DNA of 64,000 bases. It comes from a virus. Position numbers and translations under genes: made by a program. Under the pieces are notes generated by a model, which did not search any database, was not told the DNA's origin, and saw only the letters and a list, made by a program, of their open reading frames with translations. The DNA lies in the IMG/VR virus record IMGVR_UViG_3300046003_004989, positions 64,001-128,000 of that record; one strand, written 5' to 3'. This document shows, piece by piece, positions 28,007 to 37,446 of this stretch (its first letter is position 1; every line of letters starts with the position of its first letter).

Positions 28007-29284
28007 TTACTTTAATAAGTCTTTCCAAAATTCATCGTCGAAACCTTTGTCAGTTTCTGATGTCGATGTGATAATTACTTCACCTACAGGTTTTTCTGCA
28101 GAAGCTTTAGGTATTGCTGCTTTGAACAATCCAGATTCATTGAATGATTCTGCTTTGTCTTTTGTATATGTCGTACCTTCAAGAATTTTGTCTTTATTCA
28201 TGATGGTATGTAACTCCATTGCAGAGAATGAATGCAATTTATTTGGAGTGATAGTCATAAACATTGCTTCGAGAATTTCTGCAGGAATACAATTTTTATG
28301 TAAGAAAACAAGATCTCGATTAAGTAACCATTTAGTACGAATTTCTGCAGGTTCTTTTTCAATTTTAATTACTCGTTTAGCAATTGAAACGATTTGATCG
28401 ATGTATTCGTCGTTGAAAAAATGTGATTGATTAACGAAAACCTTATCATCCTTGAATTCGTTTAGAATTGTATTTGCGTGATTATCAGTAACACCAAAAC
28501 GTCTAGGACCTCCTTTAGTTTCTTTGATTACGACATGTAAAGGAGAAACGTTATCGCCCATATCCCCTATAAGAACTTTTCGGAATAAAAATTCATTAGT
28601 ATTGACTTCGTCAAGTTTCATCTTATTCATTTTGATGATGTCCTTAAGGTGTTGTTTTGAGTTTGAAACGAGGTCGATAGGTAGATTGAAGATATCGTTT
28701 GTTGTATTGAAGTCTTCTTGATCTAACCAATTTTTAAAGCCAGGGAATACGTGCAAATCCTTATCGAATTTATTGTAGTAAAGTGTGTTTGCACCTGAGG
28801 AATTGTCTTTATTTACTAATTGAAGTAAGTCGTTATCTCCTGAGATAATCATTGCATTTTGACCTTGTTGATTAAGGTGAGCAGACCAAGCGAAGATTAA
28901 GTCATCGGCTTCGGCACCACGAACTCGAGAAACAATGATACCAAGTTTTTCGAGACCTGCAACGAATTCGTTATGAACTTCATAGATTTTATTCCAATCG
29001 ATTTCAGAAGATTTTGTACGATTAGCTTTATACGTTTCGCCACCTGCATAGGTTTTTCGCCAAGATGATGAGTCGATAGTATAGACGATTCGATTTGTAA
29101 TTCCTTCGAATCTTTTAATTTCAGAAGCAAAGTCTACTGAAAGTTTCCAAAGAAGTAAGTTTTTATCTTCTTCAGGTTCGTCGATAAAATTGAATGGCTT
29201 GCCTTGCTTGATTTTTTGACCAATGAAGAAAGTTTTATGTAGCCAGAAGTTACCGTCGAAAATTAATGTGTATTTACCAGTCAT
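28007..29284 (-). CDS. rnh: RNase H / 5'-3' exonuclease (T4 rnh, FEN-like)
   Basis: IFDGN, SWRK, YKANR, EADD, SGDNDLLQL and GDMGDNV motifs. Confidence 0.9.
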   Translation of the reverse strand: MTGKYTLIFDGNFWLHKTFFIGQKIKQGKPFNFIDEPEEDKNLLLWKLSVDFASEIKRFEGITNRIVYTIDSSSWRKTYAGGETYKANRTKSSEIDWNKIYEVHNEFVAGLEKLGIIVSRVRGAEADDLIFAWSAHLNQQGQNAMIISGDNDLLQLVNKDNSSGANTLYYNKFDKDLHVFPGFKNWLDQEDFNTTNDIFNLPIDLVSNSKQHLKDIIKMNKMKLDEVNTNEFLFRKVLIGDMGDNVSPLHVVIKETKGGPRRFGVTDNHANTILNEFKDDKVFVNQSHFFNDEYIDQIVSIAKRVIKIEKEPAEIRTKWLLNRDLVFLHKNCIPAEILEAMFMTITPNKLHSFSAMELHTIMNKDKILEGTTYTKDKAESFNESGLFKAAIPKASAEKPVGEVIITSTSETDKGFDDEFWKDLLK

Positions 29285-29302
29285 ATGTATACGATTTTTT
29301 AG

Positions 29303-29330
29303 TTTTATGCAGAATTTGATTCGTGGTTTT
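29303..29330 (-). promoter_or_regulatory. Putative ECF-type promoter AAAAC-N16-CATAAAA
   Basis: Upstream of rnh; matches the site upstream of the topoisomerase large subunit. Confidence 0.55.
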
Positions 29331-29472
29331 ATCTGTCTGCTAATCTTTTGAAGACATCGATATTTTGATCGATCTTAACGAACAATTCTTTCATTTTGTC
29401 ATCTAAGAATTTTTTGTACTCAGCGTCGTTTTTGAAACGGCTTTTATCGTAGTTTAATTTTTGTTTTGCCAT
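29329..29472 (-). CDS. Small protein (47 aa; not in ORF track)
   Basis: Manual translation MAKQKLNYDKSRFKNDAEYKKFLDDKMKELFVKIDQNIDVFKRLADR*. Confidence 0.55.
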   Translation of the reverse strand: MAKQKLNYDKSRFKNDAEYKKFLDDKMKELFVKIDQNIDVFKRLADR

Positions 29473-29770
29473 TGTTCGTTGGAGTTGAAGTTATTGTTTG
29501 AACGTTTTTCGGAGTATAGTAGAATTGTAGATTTGAATCCATTGTTACGAAGTCTTCTGGAAACATATTAAAGTCGTAAAGATTATTTTTGTTGTTTTCT
29601 ACTAACTTATTGAAGTATCTTAAGTACATAAAACCGTAACGATGTTGAGGAATACAAAATACAAAAACACATAGAGCATTTTTATGAGAACCTTTAGTAA
29701 CTTTTACAATGTCACCTAATTCGATTTGATTGTTGTTTTGATCAGTAAAATGTAATGGATTGAATTGCAT
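29444..29770 (-). CDS. Hypothetical protein (KOW-like N-terminus)
   Basis: IELGDIVKVTKG; follows early promoter cassette 5. Confidence 0.6.
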   Translation of the reverse strand: MQFNPLHFTDQNNNQIELGDIVKVTKGSHKNALCVFVFCIPQHRYGFMYLRYFNKLVENNKNNLYDFNMFPEDFVTMDSNLQFYYTPKNVQTITSTPTNNGKTKIKLR

Positions 29771-29793
29771 AATTGAATTGTTTTAATTTGATA

Positions 29794-29863
29794 TACAAAT
29801 ATAATACAAAAACTCGACATTAAAAAATGCCGAGTCAATTATTTTCAAAAAGTTATTAACAAT
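29794..29863 (-). promoter_or_regulatory. Early promoter cassette 5 with embedded terminator-like hairpin
   Basis: TATATTTGTATATC plus box 49 bp upstream; ACTCGGCAT...ATGTCGAGT-TTTT hairpin. Confidence 0.75.
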
Positions 29864-30091
29864 TTAAGCCCAAAAGTTATCATATCCGTTTTGATATGAT
29901 TCCTGAAGCTGAGGTGTAATTGTTATGTGAGTGTATGCTTTTGGTACATTTAGATGCTCACAAGCTCTATCGATTGCTCCTTCATAATAGGCACAATCTA
30001 ATAAGAAGTGAGAATCTCTAAACCAATTAGCTACTCCGTTTTTGTAGACTTCAATTACTCTGTCTAGTCTTTCTTGTGTGATGTTTTCCAT
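29864..30091 (-). CDS. Hypothetical protein
   Basis: 75-aa ORF. Confidence 0.6.
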   Translation of the reverse strand: MENITQERLDRVIEVYKNGVANWFRDSHFLLDCAYYEGAIDRACEHLNVPKAYTHITITPQLQESYQNGYDNFWA

Positions 30092-30096
30092 ATTCT

Positions 30097-30618
30097 TTAT
30101 ATGATGATTATAACTCTTATTCTTTGACCTATAATAGCTCCACCGTACTTATAATCAATTTCAATATCTCCATTTGAAACATTTACTCTTGTATTATTTG
30201 ATGGTACTCCAGTTGAAACTATAGAACCTTCAGTCATAATATGATTCCATTGTGTAGCACCGGCAATAAATGACCACATTGATATACTCATATCAGGAAA
30301 CTGTGGAATATCATTACCTGCTAATCCACCTGCTGGAGGAGTTAGTATAATTCCAGGATTCAAACCATCAGGAGAAACAGCAGCTAATAATTCAGATCGA
30401 GTAATTGTCAAAGTTGTAGGTCCTAAAGGGAAAAACTCTTTTACGAATTTAATTGGAGAAGAAGTTGAACCTGCAGATCCAGCAGATCCAGCTGGTCCGG
30501 TTGGACCGATAGAACCTGTAGGACCGACTAGACCTAGGGTTGATATGTCTATCGGATTTCCGAAATAATCTACGAATCTACCGTTTTCGATAAAAACTGC
30601 GTTGGAACTTGATGGCAT
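30097..30618 (-). CDS. Protein with short collagen-like G-x-x repeat (possible virion appendage)
   Basis: GLVGPTGSIGPTGPAGSAGSAGS. Confidence 0.55.
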   Translation of the reverse strand: MPSSSNAVFIENGRFVDYFGNPIDISTLGLVGPTGSIGPTGPAGSAGSAGSTSSPIKFVKEFFPLGPTTLTITRSELLAAVSPDGLNPGIILTPPAGGLAGNDIPQFPDMSISMWSFIAGATQWNHIMTEGSIVSTGVPSNNTRVNVSNGDIEIDYKYGGAIIGQRIRVIIII

Positions 30619-31574
30619 TAATTTGTACGAACTATATTTTGTATTTTATATATCAGTGATAGCATCGTTACTACTGGATCGATTACGAAACGAAGTTCGT
30701 ATGAATGCTTATTTACTTCATAGCAAATTTCACCTGCTTTACGCATTAATTGAGGTCTTTCTAATTGTACATATTCAATGAAGTCAGTTCCCATTGCTTG
30801 AATTACGTCATCTACTTTTGATGAGTAATTTGAAACGAGATATTGATAGTTTTTTACTTCATCGTTTTGTGGATTGAAAACATGTTCGTAAAGATCTTTG
30901 AATACTCCATGAAATTTCTTAACGTCATCGGCAGTAATTTTAGTCTTACCTTCGGCATGATAGCCTTGCAAAACATTAATTGTCGAACGTAAGTCTGGGA
31001 ATTTTCTACGAACAAGTTCAATTAAAGCATCTTTTTCGATATCCATGCCTTCACCTTTAATGATGTCATAGACACGTTTAAAGTATTTCTTTTCAATTTC
31101 TGCTTCTTCTGCTTCGGAAAAATCGAAGTTAAAGCATTCAAAACGAGATTGGATGTTATCAGGAATCTTATTGATGTAATTACAAGTTGCAACGAATCTA
31201 GCAGTTTTTTCAAATTGCTCGATAGTTCCACGAAGTGCTTTCATATATTGATCAGATACTCCATCGAACTCATCTAATATGACAACCTTAAGTTTCTTTT
31301 CGCCATCAATAACAGACAACGTAGAACAAAATTCCATAATCTTAGTACGAACAGTATCAACTCCTGTTTCAACTGAACAGTTAATGTACATATATGGATT
31401 GTCACCTGCAATAACTTTAGCAGTTGATGTTTTTCCAGTTCCTGGAGATCCATGGAATAAGAAGTTCATATACAAACCATTGCTTAGTTTGGTTGCGATT
31501 CTTTCTGGAAGAATCAATTCATCTAAAGTAGAAGGACGATATCTTTCAGTCCACAGAGCTTTTTTTGGATTCAT
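30618..31574 (-). CDS. gp44: Clamp loader AAA+ subunit (gp44 / RFC-like)
   Basis: WTERYRP, GSPGTGKT, ILDEFD, SRF and FPDLR motifs. Confidence 0.95.
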   Translation of the reverse strand: MNPKKALWTERYRPSTLDELILPERIATKLSNGLYMNFLFHGSPGTGKTSTAKVIAGDNPYMYINCSVETGVDTVRTKIMEFCSTLSVIDGEKKLKVVILDEFDGVSDQYMKALRGTIEQFEKTARFVATCNYINKIPDNIQSRFECFNFDFSEAEEAEIEKKYFKRVYDIIKGEGMDIEKDALIELVRRKFPDLRSTINVLQGYHAEGKTKITADDVKKFHGVFKDLYEHVFNPQNDEVKNYQYLVSNYSSKVDDVIQAMGTDFIEYVQLERPQLMRKAGEICYEVNKHSYELRFVIDPVVTMLSLIYKIQNIVRTN

Positions 31575-31632
31575 GCTTAAATTGTCTTTTTTAATTATAT
31601 GTCGGAAATTGCTTTATAGATCACAAATGACA

Positions 31633-32046
31633 TTACTTGAGTGTAATGTCATTTTCTATTTGTTGAAGATTGAGAACCGTTCGGCTATCATACTTGGATT
31701 CTATTACGGTAGTTCGTTTTTCTAAAGCTCTATCAAAAGCTTCTTTAATTGAATCCATTCTACCGTTCGGTAGCCAGACGTAATATGAGAATTTACCATT
31801 AGTGATGGTAACCGCATTACCTGAGAATCGGATAAGGTAATTGCTGTTTTCTATGTAATTTGTACCTGAAAGAGGTGCAGGAACTAGAAGAGAATTCGGA
31901 TGAGCGATTAGCTTCCTCGTAATTGAAAAGGCTTTTAGTTGAACTTCTGATAGCTTTTCTTCTTTCGAATCCATTATTGATTTTAGCTTTCTTCGAAACT
32001 TTCGAAGAAACAGAAAGAAACGATTGCTGGTTTTAGATGATTTCAT
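31633..32046 (-). CDS. Hypothetical protein
   Basis: 137-aa ORF. Confidence 0.65.
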   Translation of the reverse strand: MKSSKTSNRFFLFLRKFRRKLKSIMDSKEEKLSEVQLKAFSITRKLIAHPNSLLVPAPLSGTNYIENSNYLIRFSGNAVTITNGKFSYYVWLPNGRMDSIKEAFDRALEKRTTVIESKYDSRTVLNLQQIENDITLK

Positions 32047-32061
32047 ATGAGAGATTTGAGA

Positions 32062-32262
32062 TTATTCGATACAAGTTAGGATAGCAAAAATTAAGGTTAA
32101 GACACTTGCCATCATGAAGAATCCTATTTCGTTAAGAGTTCCAGCAAAGTGAATGTGACTCTGTAAGTCACCAGTAAGAGTAGTGTAGGTTATGATAGCA
32201 CATAAGAATGTTGCTAATAAATAACCGAATCTTTTGATTGATTTTGTTGTTTGAATTGTCAT
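32062..32262 (-). CDS. Small two-TM membrane protein
   Basis: Two hydrophobic helices; first gene after early promoter cassette 6. Confidence 0.65.
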   Translation of the reverse strand: MTIQTTKSIKRFGYLLATFLCAIITYTTLTGDLQSHIHFAGTLNEIGFFMMASVLTLIFAILTCIE

Positions 32263-32288
32263 AGTTTTACCTTTTGATTAATTTGATA

Positions 32289-32348
32289 TACAAATATAAT
32301 ACATTTTTTTGAAATAAAAAAATTTTTACAAAAAAGTTATTAACAATT
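32289..32348 (-). promoter_or_regulatory. Early promoter cassette 6
   Basis: TATATTTGTATATCAAATTAATC plus box 38 bp upstream. Confidence 0.75.
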
Positions 32349-32408
32349 TTTCAACACTGCCAAAAATGCGAAGAATCCAAATAAATAAACAAAAAACTTA
32401 ACACAGAC

Positions 32409-32870
32409 ATGGCATTTGTTCCTTATCATCAACATCTCCTCATTAAAGCTTACTGTAAGAATCCTATTCGTTCGGCAGCTGTATTAAATGAGTGGTTCAA
32501 GCAATTGGTAAACAAAGTCGGTATGGTTGTAGTTGCAGGTCCCACCTCAGTATACGTGGATGAACCTGGAAACGAAGGACTAACCGGTACAGTAACCCTT
32601 GCAACTTCGCATGCATCGATCCATATTTGGGACGAATCTCAACCAGCAATGCTACAATTTGACATCTATTCTTGTAAGAAGTATGACATTCAAATTGTTA
32701 TCGATCACTTAAATGAAATGGATTTAATTTCGTTCGATTGGATGACTATTGATAGAAATGACGGTATTGAAGTATCAGATTTTGGTACAGGTATCGAATC
32801 TACTTACACGTCAACATCAGCTCTTAAAAGATTAGACAATCTAACAGAGTACCATCAAGATGAAGAGTAA
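32409..32870 (+). CDS. speD: S-adenosylmethionine decarboxylase-like proenzyme (pyruvoyl-dependent)
   Basis: HLLI, GLTGTVTLATSHASIHIW and DIYSC motifs; the only convincing plus-strand gene. Confidence 0.85.
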   Translation: MAFVPYHQHLLIKAYCKNPIRSAAVLNEWFKQLVNKVGMVVVAGPTSVYVDEPGNEGLTGTVTLATSHASIHIWDESQPAMLQFDIYSCKKYDIQIVIDHLNEMDLISFDWMTIDRNDGIEVSDFGTGIESTYTSTSALKRLDNLTEYHQDEE

Positions 32871-32887
32871 TTTTTTAACTATACACG

Positions 32888-32920
32888 AAAAGGTCAGTAT
32901 TTCTACTGACCTTTCGTTTT
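32888..32920. terminator. Bidirectional terminator between convergent genes
   Basis: AAAGGTCAGTA...TACTGACCTTT with T runs on both strands. Confidence 0.75.
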
Positions 32921-32934
32921 GAAGTATTTCTCGA

Positions 32935-33435
32935 TTAGCTAAATTTTGTCTCTCTAGCTTTTCTTTCTTTGATATTTGTTACAGCCTTTTGAAGTTTCAT
33001 AACTGTTTGTTTTGCTTGTAGCAAATCAATTTCTGCTTTAGTTACATCAGCGTCTTCAGGTTTTTCTTTCAGTTTTGTATATAGCTTAGCCATATTTTCT
33101 TTCATCTTAGCTTCTGCTTCTTTCTCTCTTCTCATTTTTTCCTCTTTAGTAGCATTTTCATTTACTGTTGATTCTGTAGTATTAGTGAAAAAATGAGTAA
33201 CTTGATCTAAATTTTCATTAGCAACTGAAATGTGATCTTCTGCCCAATCATGTCCATTTTTAAGTATTTCATCCATTTTATTAGGATCCATAGCTAAAAG
33301 AGTTTCAACATTTTTCTTGATGCTTTTTAGATTTCCGAAAACCATGTAGTTTTCTGGTTTTCCTCCGATCGGAGCTTGTAAAGCTGCTTCATTAACGTAT
33401 TCGTCGAATGAGTATATGTTTTTAAGTGTTTTCAT
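32935..33435 (-). CDS. Putative internal head protein (capsid-targeting-like leader)
   Basis: MKTLKNIYSFDEYVNE-A; second VNE site before a coiled-coil C-terminal part. Confidence 0.65.
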   Translation of the reverse strand: MKTLKNIYSFDEYVNEAALQAPIGGKPENYMVFGNLKSIKKNVETLLAMDPNKMDEILKNGHDWAEDHISVANENLDQVTHFFTNTTESTVNENATKEEKMRREKEAEAKMKENMAKLYTKLKEKPEDADVTKAEIDLLQAKQTVMKLQKAVTNIKERKARETKFS

Positions 33436-33440
33436 TTTGA

Positions 33441-34934
33441 TTATTTCTTTTCTGATTCAAATTTGATACCTGCATGACTAACTCCTTTAGATTTACCTGC
33501 ATGATATTCGCCATCAAATGATGTTACCATGAAAGTTTTGTAAGGAGAAACTGAACAACCGATTCTTTCCATGAATTTACGATTAGCAAGGAATTTAGTA
33601 GATTTTTCTTTTCTGTCTACTAGAGAAACGTGTACATCTTTATAAGTTTTACCACCGAAAGAAACTTCCATTTCGATGATGGGACGATTATGAATATCAT
33701 CACCTACTTCGGTATTTGCAAAGCCTATAACTTTTGATTCGAATGAATTATTACCAAGTTTCCACTTTACAGTTTTTTCATCTTCAGATAATTTAACTTC
33801 GTCATATGTTAGAGAACAAGACATAGAGCCATTACCAGTGTCGAATTTAGCAACAATATCACCAATTCCAGGGATTGTGATAACTTCTCGGAAACCAATA
33901 ACTCTCTTAGAACGAATCCAATTTGCTTTATCTGATATGAAGTCTATTACATCAGAAACAACATCAATACCTGTAGCTTTTTTCAAACCGTGAGTTCCTG
34001 GAGAAGCATTAACTTCTAGAACATAGTTTTTACCGGTTTTCTTATCAACAATAATGTCAACTCCACACCAGTTACAACCTACTGCTTTAGCTGATTCGAT
34101 TGCTATTCTTTCTTGTTCAGGAGTAACTTTAGTTTTTTCTACGGTACCACCTAAAGAATAATTTGTACGGAAGTCTTTCTTAACTCGATTTCTTCTCATA
34201 TATCCAAGAAGAACCGAATCAGTGTCTTGTGGAGTAGGAGAATTGAAACGTCTAGTTAAAACGTGAATACGTAAGTCATATTCAGAGTCTATTTTTTCTT
34301 GAATAAGAGTTTCAATATTTGGTTGTACTTTCCAAAGAGTTTGAAGTACAGATTTCAAAGAAGCGAGAGAATCAACGATTGATACACCAATACCTTGAGA
34401 TCCAGAAAGTAATTTGAGGACTACTGGAAATTGTCCACCAATTGCTTTAACAGCTCCATCAATCGATTCTTCGGAATCAACAATTGCCATTTTAGGGACA
34501 GGAATACCTGCATCCATTAGAATTTTAGAAGTAACGTATTTGTTTTCACAAGCAAGAACTGATTCTAATGTGTTAACTACGAAGAAGTTTGCATCTTCCA
34601 ATTGAGAAACCAAATCTCTTGTGAAAGTACTTCTTACAATACCACGTCTAGTTAGGATTGCTGTGTCTTCAGAATCTATCTTAAATGGTTTTTTAGTTTT
34701 GTCAACTATTATGAATCCATTACCATCTTTGTCAGGTACTAGATTTGCAGTATTGATGTCAATTATACGGAATTGTACACCTCTCTTTTTACATTCAGCT
34801 TCAACTGCTGGAACTGTGTAAGATTCTTCACTAATATTAGATAGAAGAACAAGTTTTACTTTTTGTTTCTTCGCTGAGGTTTTAACTGCCTCATTGATTA
34901 CGAATTCATCAAAGTATGCTAGACGATTTTTCAT
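33441..34934 (-). CDS. rimK: RimK-family ATP-grasp ligase fused to RimK-associated retropepsin-like protease, with capsid-targeting-like leader
   Basis: ENK, FPVVLK, GSQGIGV, IQEKI, DLRIHV, DFRTNYSLGG, GVDII and LEVNASPG; C-terminal IGFRE...AKFDTGN...RP...LVDR...FLANR protease motifs; N-terminus MKNRLAYFDEFVINE. Confidence 0.9.
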   Translation of the reverse strand: MKNRLAYFDEFVINEAVKTSAKKQKVKLVLLSNISEESYTVPAVEAECKKRGVQFRIIDINTANLVPDKDGNGFIIVDKTKKPFKIDSEDTAILTRRGIVRSTFTRDLVSQLEDANFFVVNTLESVLACENKYVTSKILMDAGIPVPKMAIVDSEESIDGAVKAIGGQFPVVLKLLSGSQGIGVSIVDSLASLKSVLQTLWKVQPNIETLIQEKIDSEYDLRIHVLTRRFNSPTPQDTDSVLLGYMRRNRVKKDFRTNYSLGGTVEKTKVTPEQERIAIESAKAVGCNWCGVDIIVDKKTGKNYVLEVNASPGTHGLKKATGIDVVSDVIDFISDKANWIRSKRVIGFREVITIPGIGDIVAKFDTGNGSMSCSLTYDEVKLSEDEKTVKWKLGNNSFESKVIGFANTEVGDDIHNRPIIEMEVSFGGKTYKDVHVSLVDRKEKSTKFLANRKFMERIGCSVSPYKTFMVTSFDGEYHAGKSKGVSHAGIKFESEKK

Positions 34935-35418
34935 TTTTGCGTATATATTTTAGGAATGATTTCTGATTATCTATCATCATCCTCTTGCAATTTTCTGTGA
35001 AAGCCAAAGATGATTCAATTACTCTCTGATCGATTCTTTCCGAACCTTTAAGATAGTATTTGAAGCACTTTTCGCAAGTAAAATTACTAGGAACGAATGT
35101 GTCAATTCTGGATTTTATTGGAGTAGTACAATAAGCACAATGCCAAGAAAAAATCCTATATGAATCTTTCACTGCATTATACTGTTGGACCTCTCTTGAC
35201 TCTGGTTGAATCGAAGGACGGGTAGAATGAGATACACTTATCCTCCCATCTTCCAATCTAAAAATGGCCTGTAAGAACCTGTCATCATCAGCGTACTTCT
35301 TAATGACTGGATTTTCTTTCAAAACCTTTTGATATCTAGGAGCAAGACCTCTCAAAACAATTCCATGCTTTGTAGGAGTCTTGCCTTTATTTTGTCTTTT
35401 TATTTCAATCTTAGCCAT
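34909..35418 (-). CDS. Zinc-finger protein
   Basis: CAYC...CEKC motif. Confidence 0.6.
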   Translation of the reverse strand: MAKIEIKRQNKGKTPTKHGIVLRGLAPRYQKVLKENPVIKKYADDDRFLQAIFRLEDGRISVSHSTRPSIQPESREVQQYNAVKDSYRIFSWHCAYCTTPIKSRIDTFVPSNFTCEKCFKYYLKGSERIDQRVIESSLAFTENCKRMMIDNQKSFLKYIRKNEKSSSIL

Positions 35419-37438
35419 AGATTAAGTAGTTGTCTATCTCAGAAGATAGTGCTTCTATAAGAACATCAATTGCCCAAACTTCATTTTCGAAAGATGTGAA
35501 AGATTCACCTAAAGCTTCTTTTCTTTTCTTAAGTTCAGCAATAGCTTTCTCTAGTTTTTCGACGTTAACAGAAGCTTGTTCTTTTCTTTTCGGATCTTCA
35601 ATCTTAGAAACTGCTGCTTTAATTTTAGCAAGTTTATCTGCTTGAGGTTTTAAAACATCATCGATAGCTTTTATCTTCGCTTCTTTATCGCTAGGTTTTT
35701 CTTCCGATTGTTTGTTTTTCAACTTATCTTTTCTTTCAGCTTCAGCTTTTTTCTTATCTTGAGCTTTCTCGTACTCAACAGTTCCAGGAATTAAAGCTCC
35801 TTCAGAATCATCTTCTTTCTTATCTTCTTTCCCTTTAGGTTCTTCGGATTTTGAATCTTCTGTACTCTCAGATTCAGCTTTAGCCTTTTCTAATTTCTTA
35901 GGATCAGTTTCTTCTGCTGATTCTTCTCCACGTTTCTCAGCATCTTTCATCTGATCTTCGTGTTTCTTAAGAGCTTCTTGAGCTTTCTTAATTTGATCGT
36001 CAAGATTTTTCTTAGCTTCTGGACTAGGAATAAGTTTCATAAGTTGTTCAAGGAATTCAACTCTATTTCTGTTGCGTTCTTTCATAATGAATAACCAACA
36101 AAAGAAGTTTGCTTTCCCGAGTGCACCACCTACGAGTCCGTTCGTATTTTCTTTTTGAGATTTGATAGATTTATCAATATCTTCGAGGAATGCTTCATAT
36201 GATTTTTCAGCTTTATCAATTTGATCTCTTAAAGCTTGTTCTTTGTCTTGATCTTCAATTGCTTTATCTTCGGCAGATGTATCATTATCTTCTTCTTTAT
36301 AATCGTCAGGCATATCAGCTTCTTTAGCTTTATCAACAGCACTTTTAGCATCTGTTATTTGAGCCTTGATTACATCTTTTTTGTCTGGATCTGTTTCGTC
36401 TTTTAGAGAAGATTTAAGACTGTCAAGTTTGGACTTAGCAGCTTGAAGTTTTTCAAGATTAGCAGCTTTTGCTTTATCATCTTCTGCTTTCTTATTAGTT
36501 TCTTTCTCTTTCTCTTTTCCGATTTCAGTATTGACTTCATCTTCTGCTTCTTTAGAATTTCCTTTAAGGTCATCTAATTCCTTTGCTAATACACCTTTAT
36601 CGGATTTAGCACGTTCAATATTAGCCTTGATTTCTGCTTTCTTTTCAGAATCCTCTTCATTTTCATATTCATCTTGAAGCTTATGAATTTCTCTAATCTT
36701 AGTATGAAGTTCAGCTTTCTTGGTAATGATCGGCTCAAGATTTGCTAACCTTTCTTGTCTTTCATCGTCTTCTTCTGCTTTAGCTACTTTTTTATCGATA
36801 GCTAACTTTTCTTTATTCAATTCATCAATTGATTTAATGATTGCATCTGAAGCAATTTTATTATTAGGATCAGCCTTTTCGAGCTCTGTATTTTTAGCGA
36901 TAATCTTGTCTTTAATCTCTTTCGCTTGAGCTCTTAATTTTTCAATCTCTTCATTTTTAGATTTACCTTTCTTTTCAGGTTTAGGCGCATCACCGTCTTT
37001 AGTTTCCGGTTTTTTAGTGTCATCACCTTTAAGACCAGGAGCTTCTAACTTTTGAGGTTTTATCATGTCCGGTTTCGGAGCTTCTTTAGGACCAGTAGAA
37101 GATGCATTTGAATCAGGAGCTTTAGAAGGAGCTTCTTTCTTTTTTACTACAGCTTTTTTATTAGTGTTTGTTGGAGTAGATCTTTTCTGATTCTTATTCG
37201 GTTTTGATTGTCTTCTCTTTTGATTTTTGTTTGCTTCAACTAATTCAGCGTACATTGAATTTCCTTCAAAATCAAATTGAGATAGTTCTTCCATCAAATC
37301 TTCATATGAACAATCATCTGACATAGCAACCTCAAAATTTTCTGATATGCTAATCAAGAAATTCTCAAGGAGTTCTAAAAATCTTTGTTCTTCGTATGAT
37401 TCAAGAATGAACTGTTGTAGTTTGTTATTTTCCATCAT
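35411..37438 (-). CDS. Large Lys/Glu-rich coiled-coil protein, probably virion-associated
   Basis: 675 aa, highly charged; located in a late operon; several (I/L)xE sites at the N-terminus. Confidence 0.6.
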   Translation of the reverse strand: MMENNKLQQFILESYEEQRFLELLENFLISISENFEVAMSDDCSYEDLMEELSQFDFEGNSMYAELVEANKNQKRRQSKPNKNQKRSTPTNTNKKAVVKKKEAPSKAPDSNASSTGPKEAPKPDMIKPQKLEAPGLKGDDTKKPETKDGDAPKPEKKGKSKNEEIEKLRAQAKEIKDKIIAKNTELEKADPNNKIASDAIIKSIDELNKEKLAIDKKVAKAEEDDERQERLANLEPIITKKAELHTKIREIHKLQDEYENEEDSEKKAEIKANIERAKSDKGVLAKELDDLKGNSKEAEDEVNTEIGKEKEKETNKKAEDDKAKAANLEKLQAAKSKLDSLKSSLKDETDPDKKDVIKAQITDAKSAVDKAKEADMPDDYKEEDNDTSAEDKAIEDQDKEQALRDQIDKAEKSYEAFLEDIDKSIKSQKENTNGLVGGALGKANFFCWLFIMKERNRNRVEFLEQLMKLIPSPEAKKNLDDQIKKAQEALKKHEDQMKDAEKRGEESAEETDPKKLEKAKAESESTEDSKSEEPKGKEDKKEDDSEGALIPGTVEYEKAQDKKKAEAERKDKLKNKQSEEKPSDKEAKIKAIDDVLKPQADKLAKIKAAVSKIEDPKRKEQASVNVEKLEKAIAELKKRKEALGESFTSFENEVWAIDVLIEALSSEIDNYLIYG

Positions 37439-37446
37439 ATTTAGTA

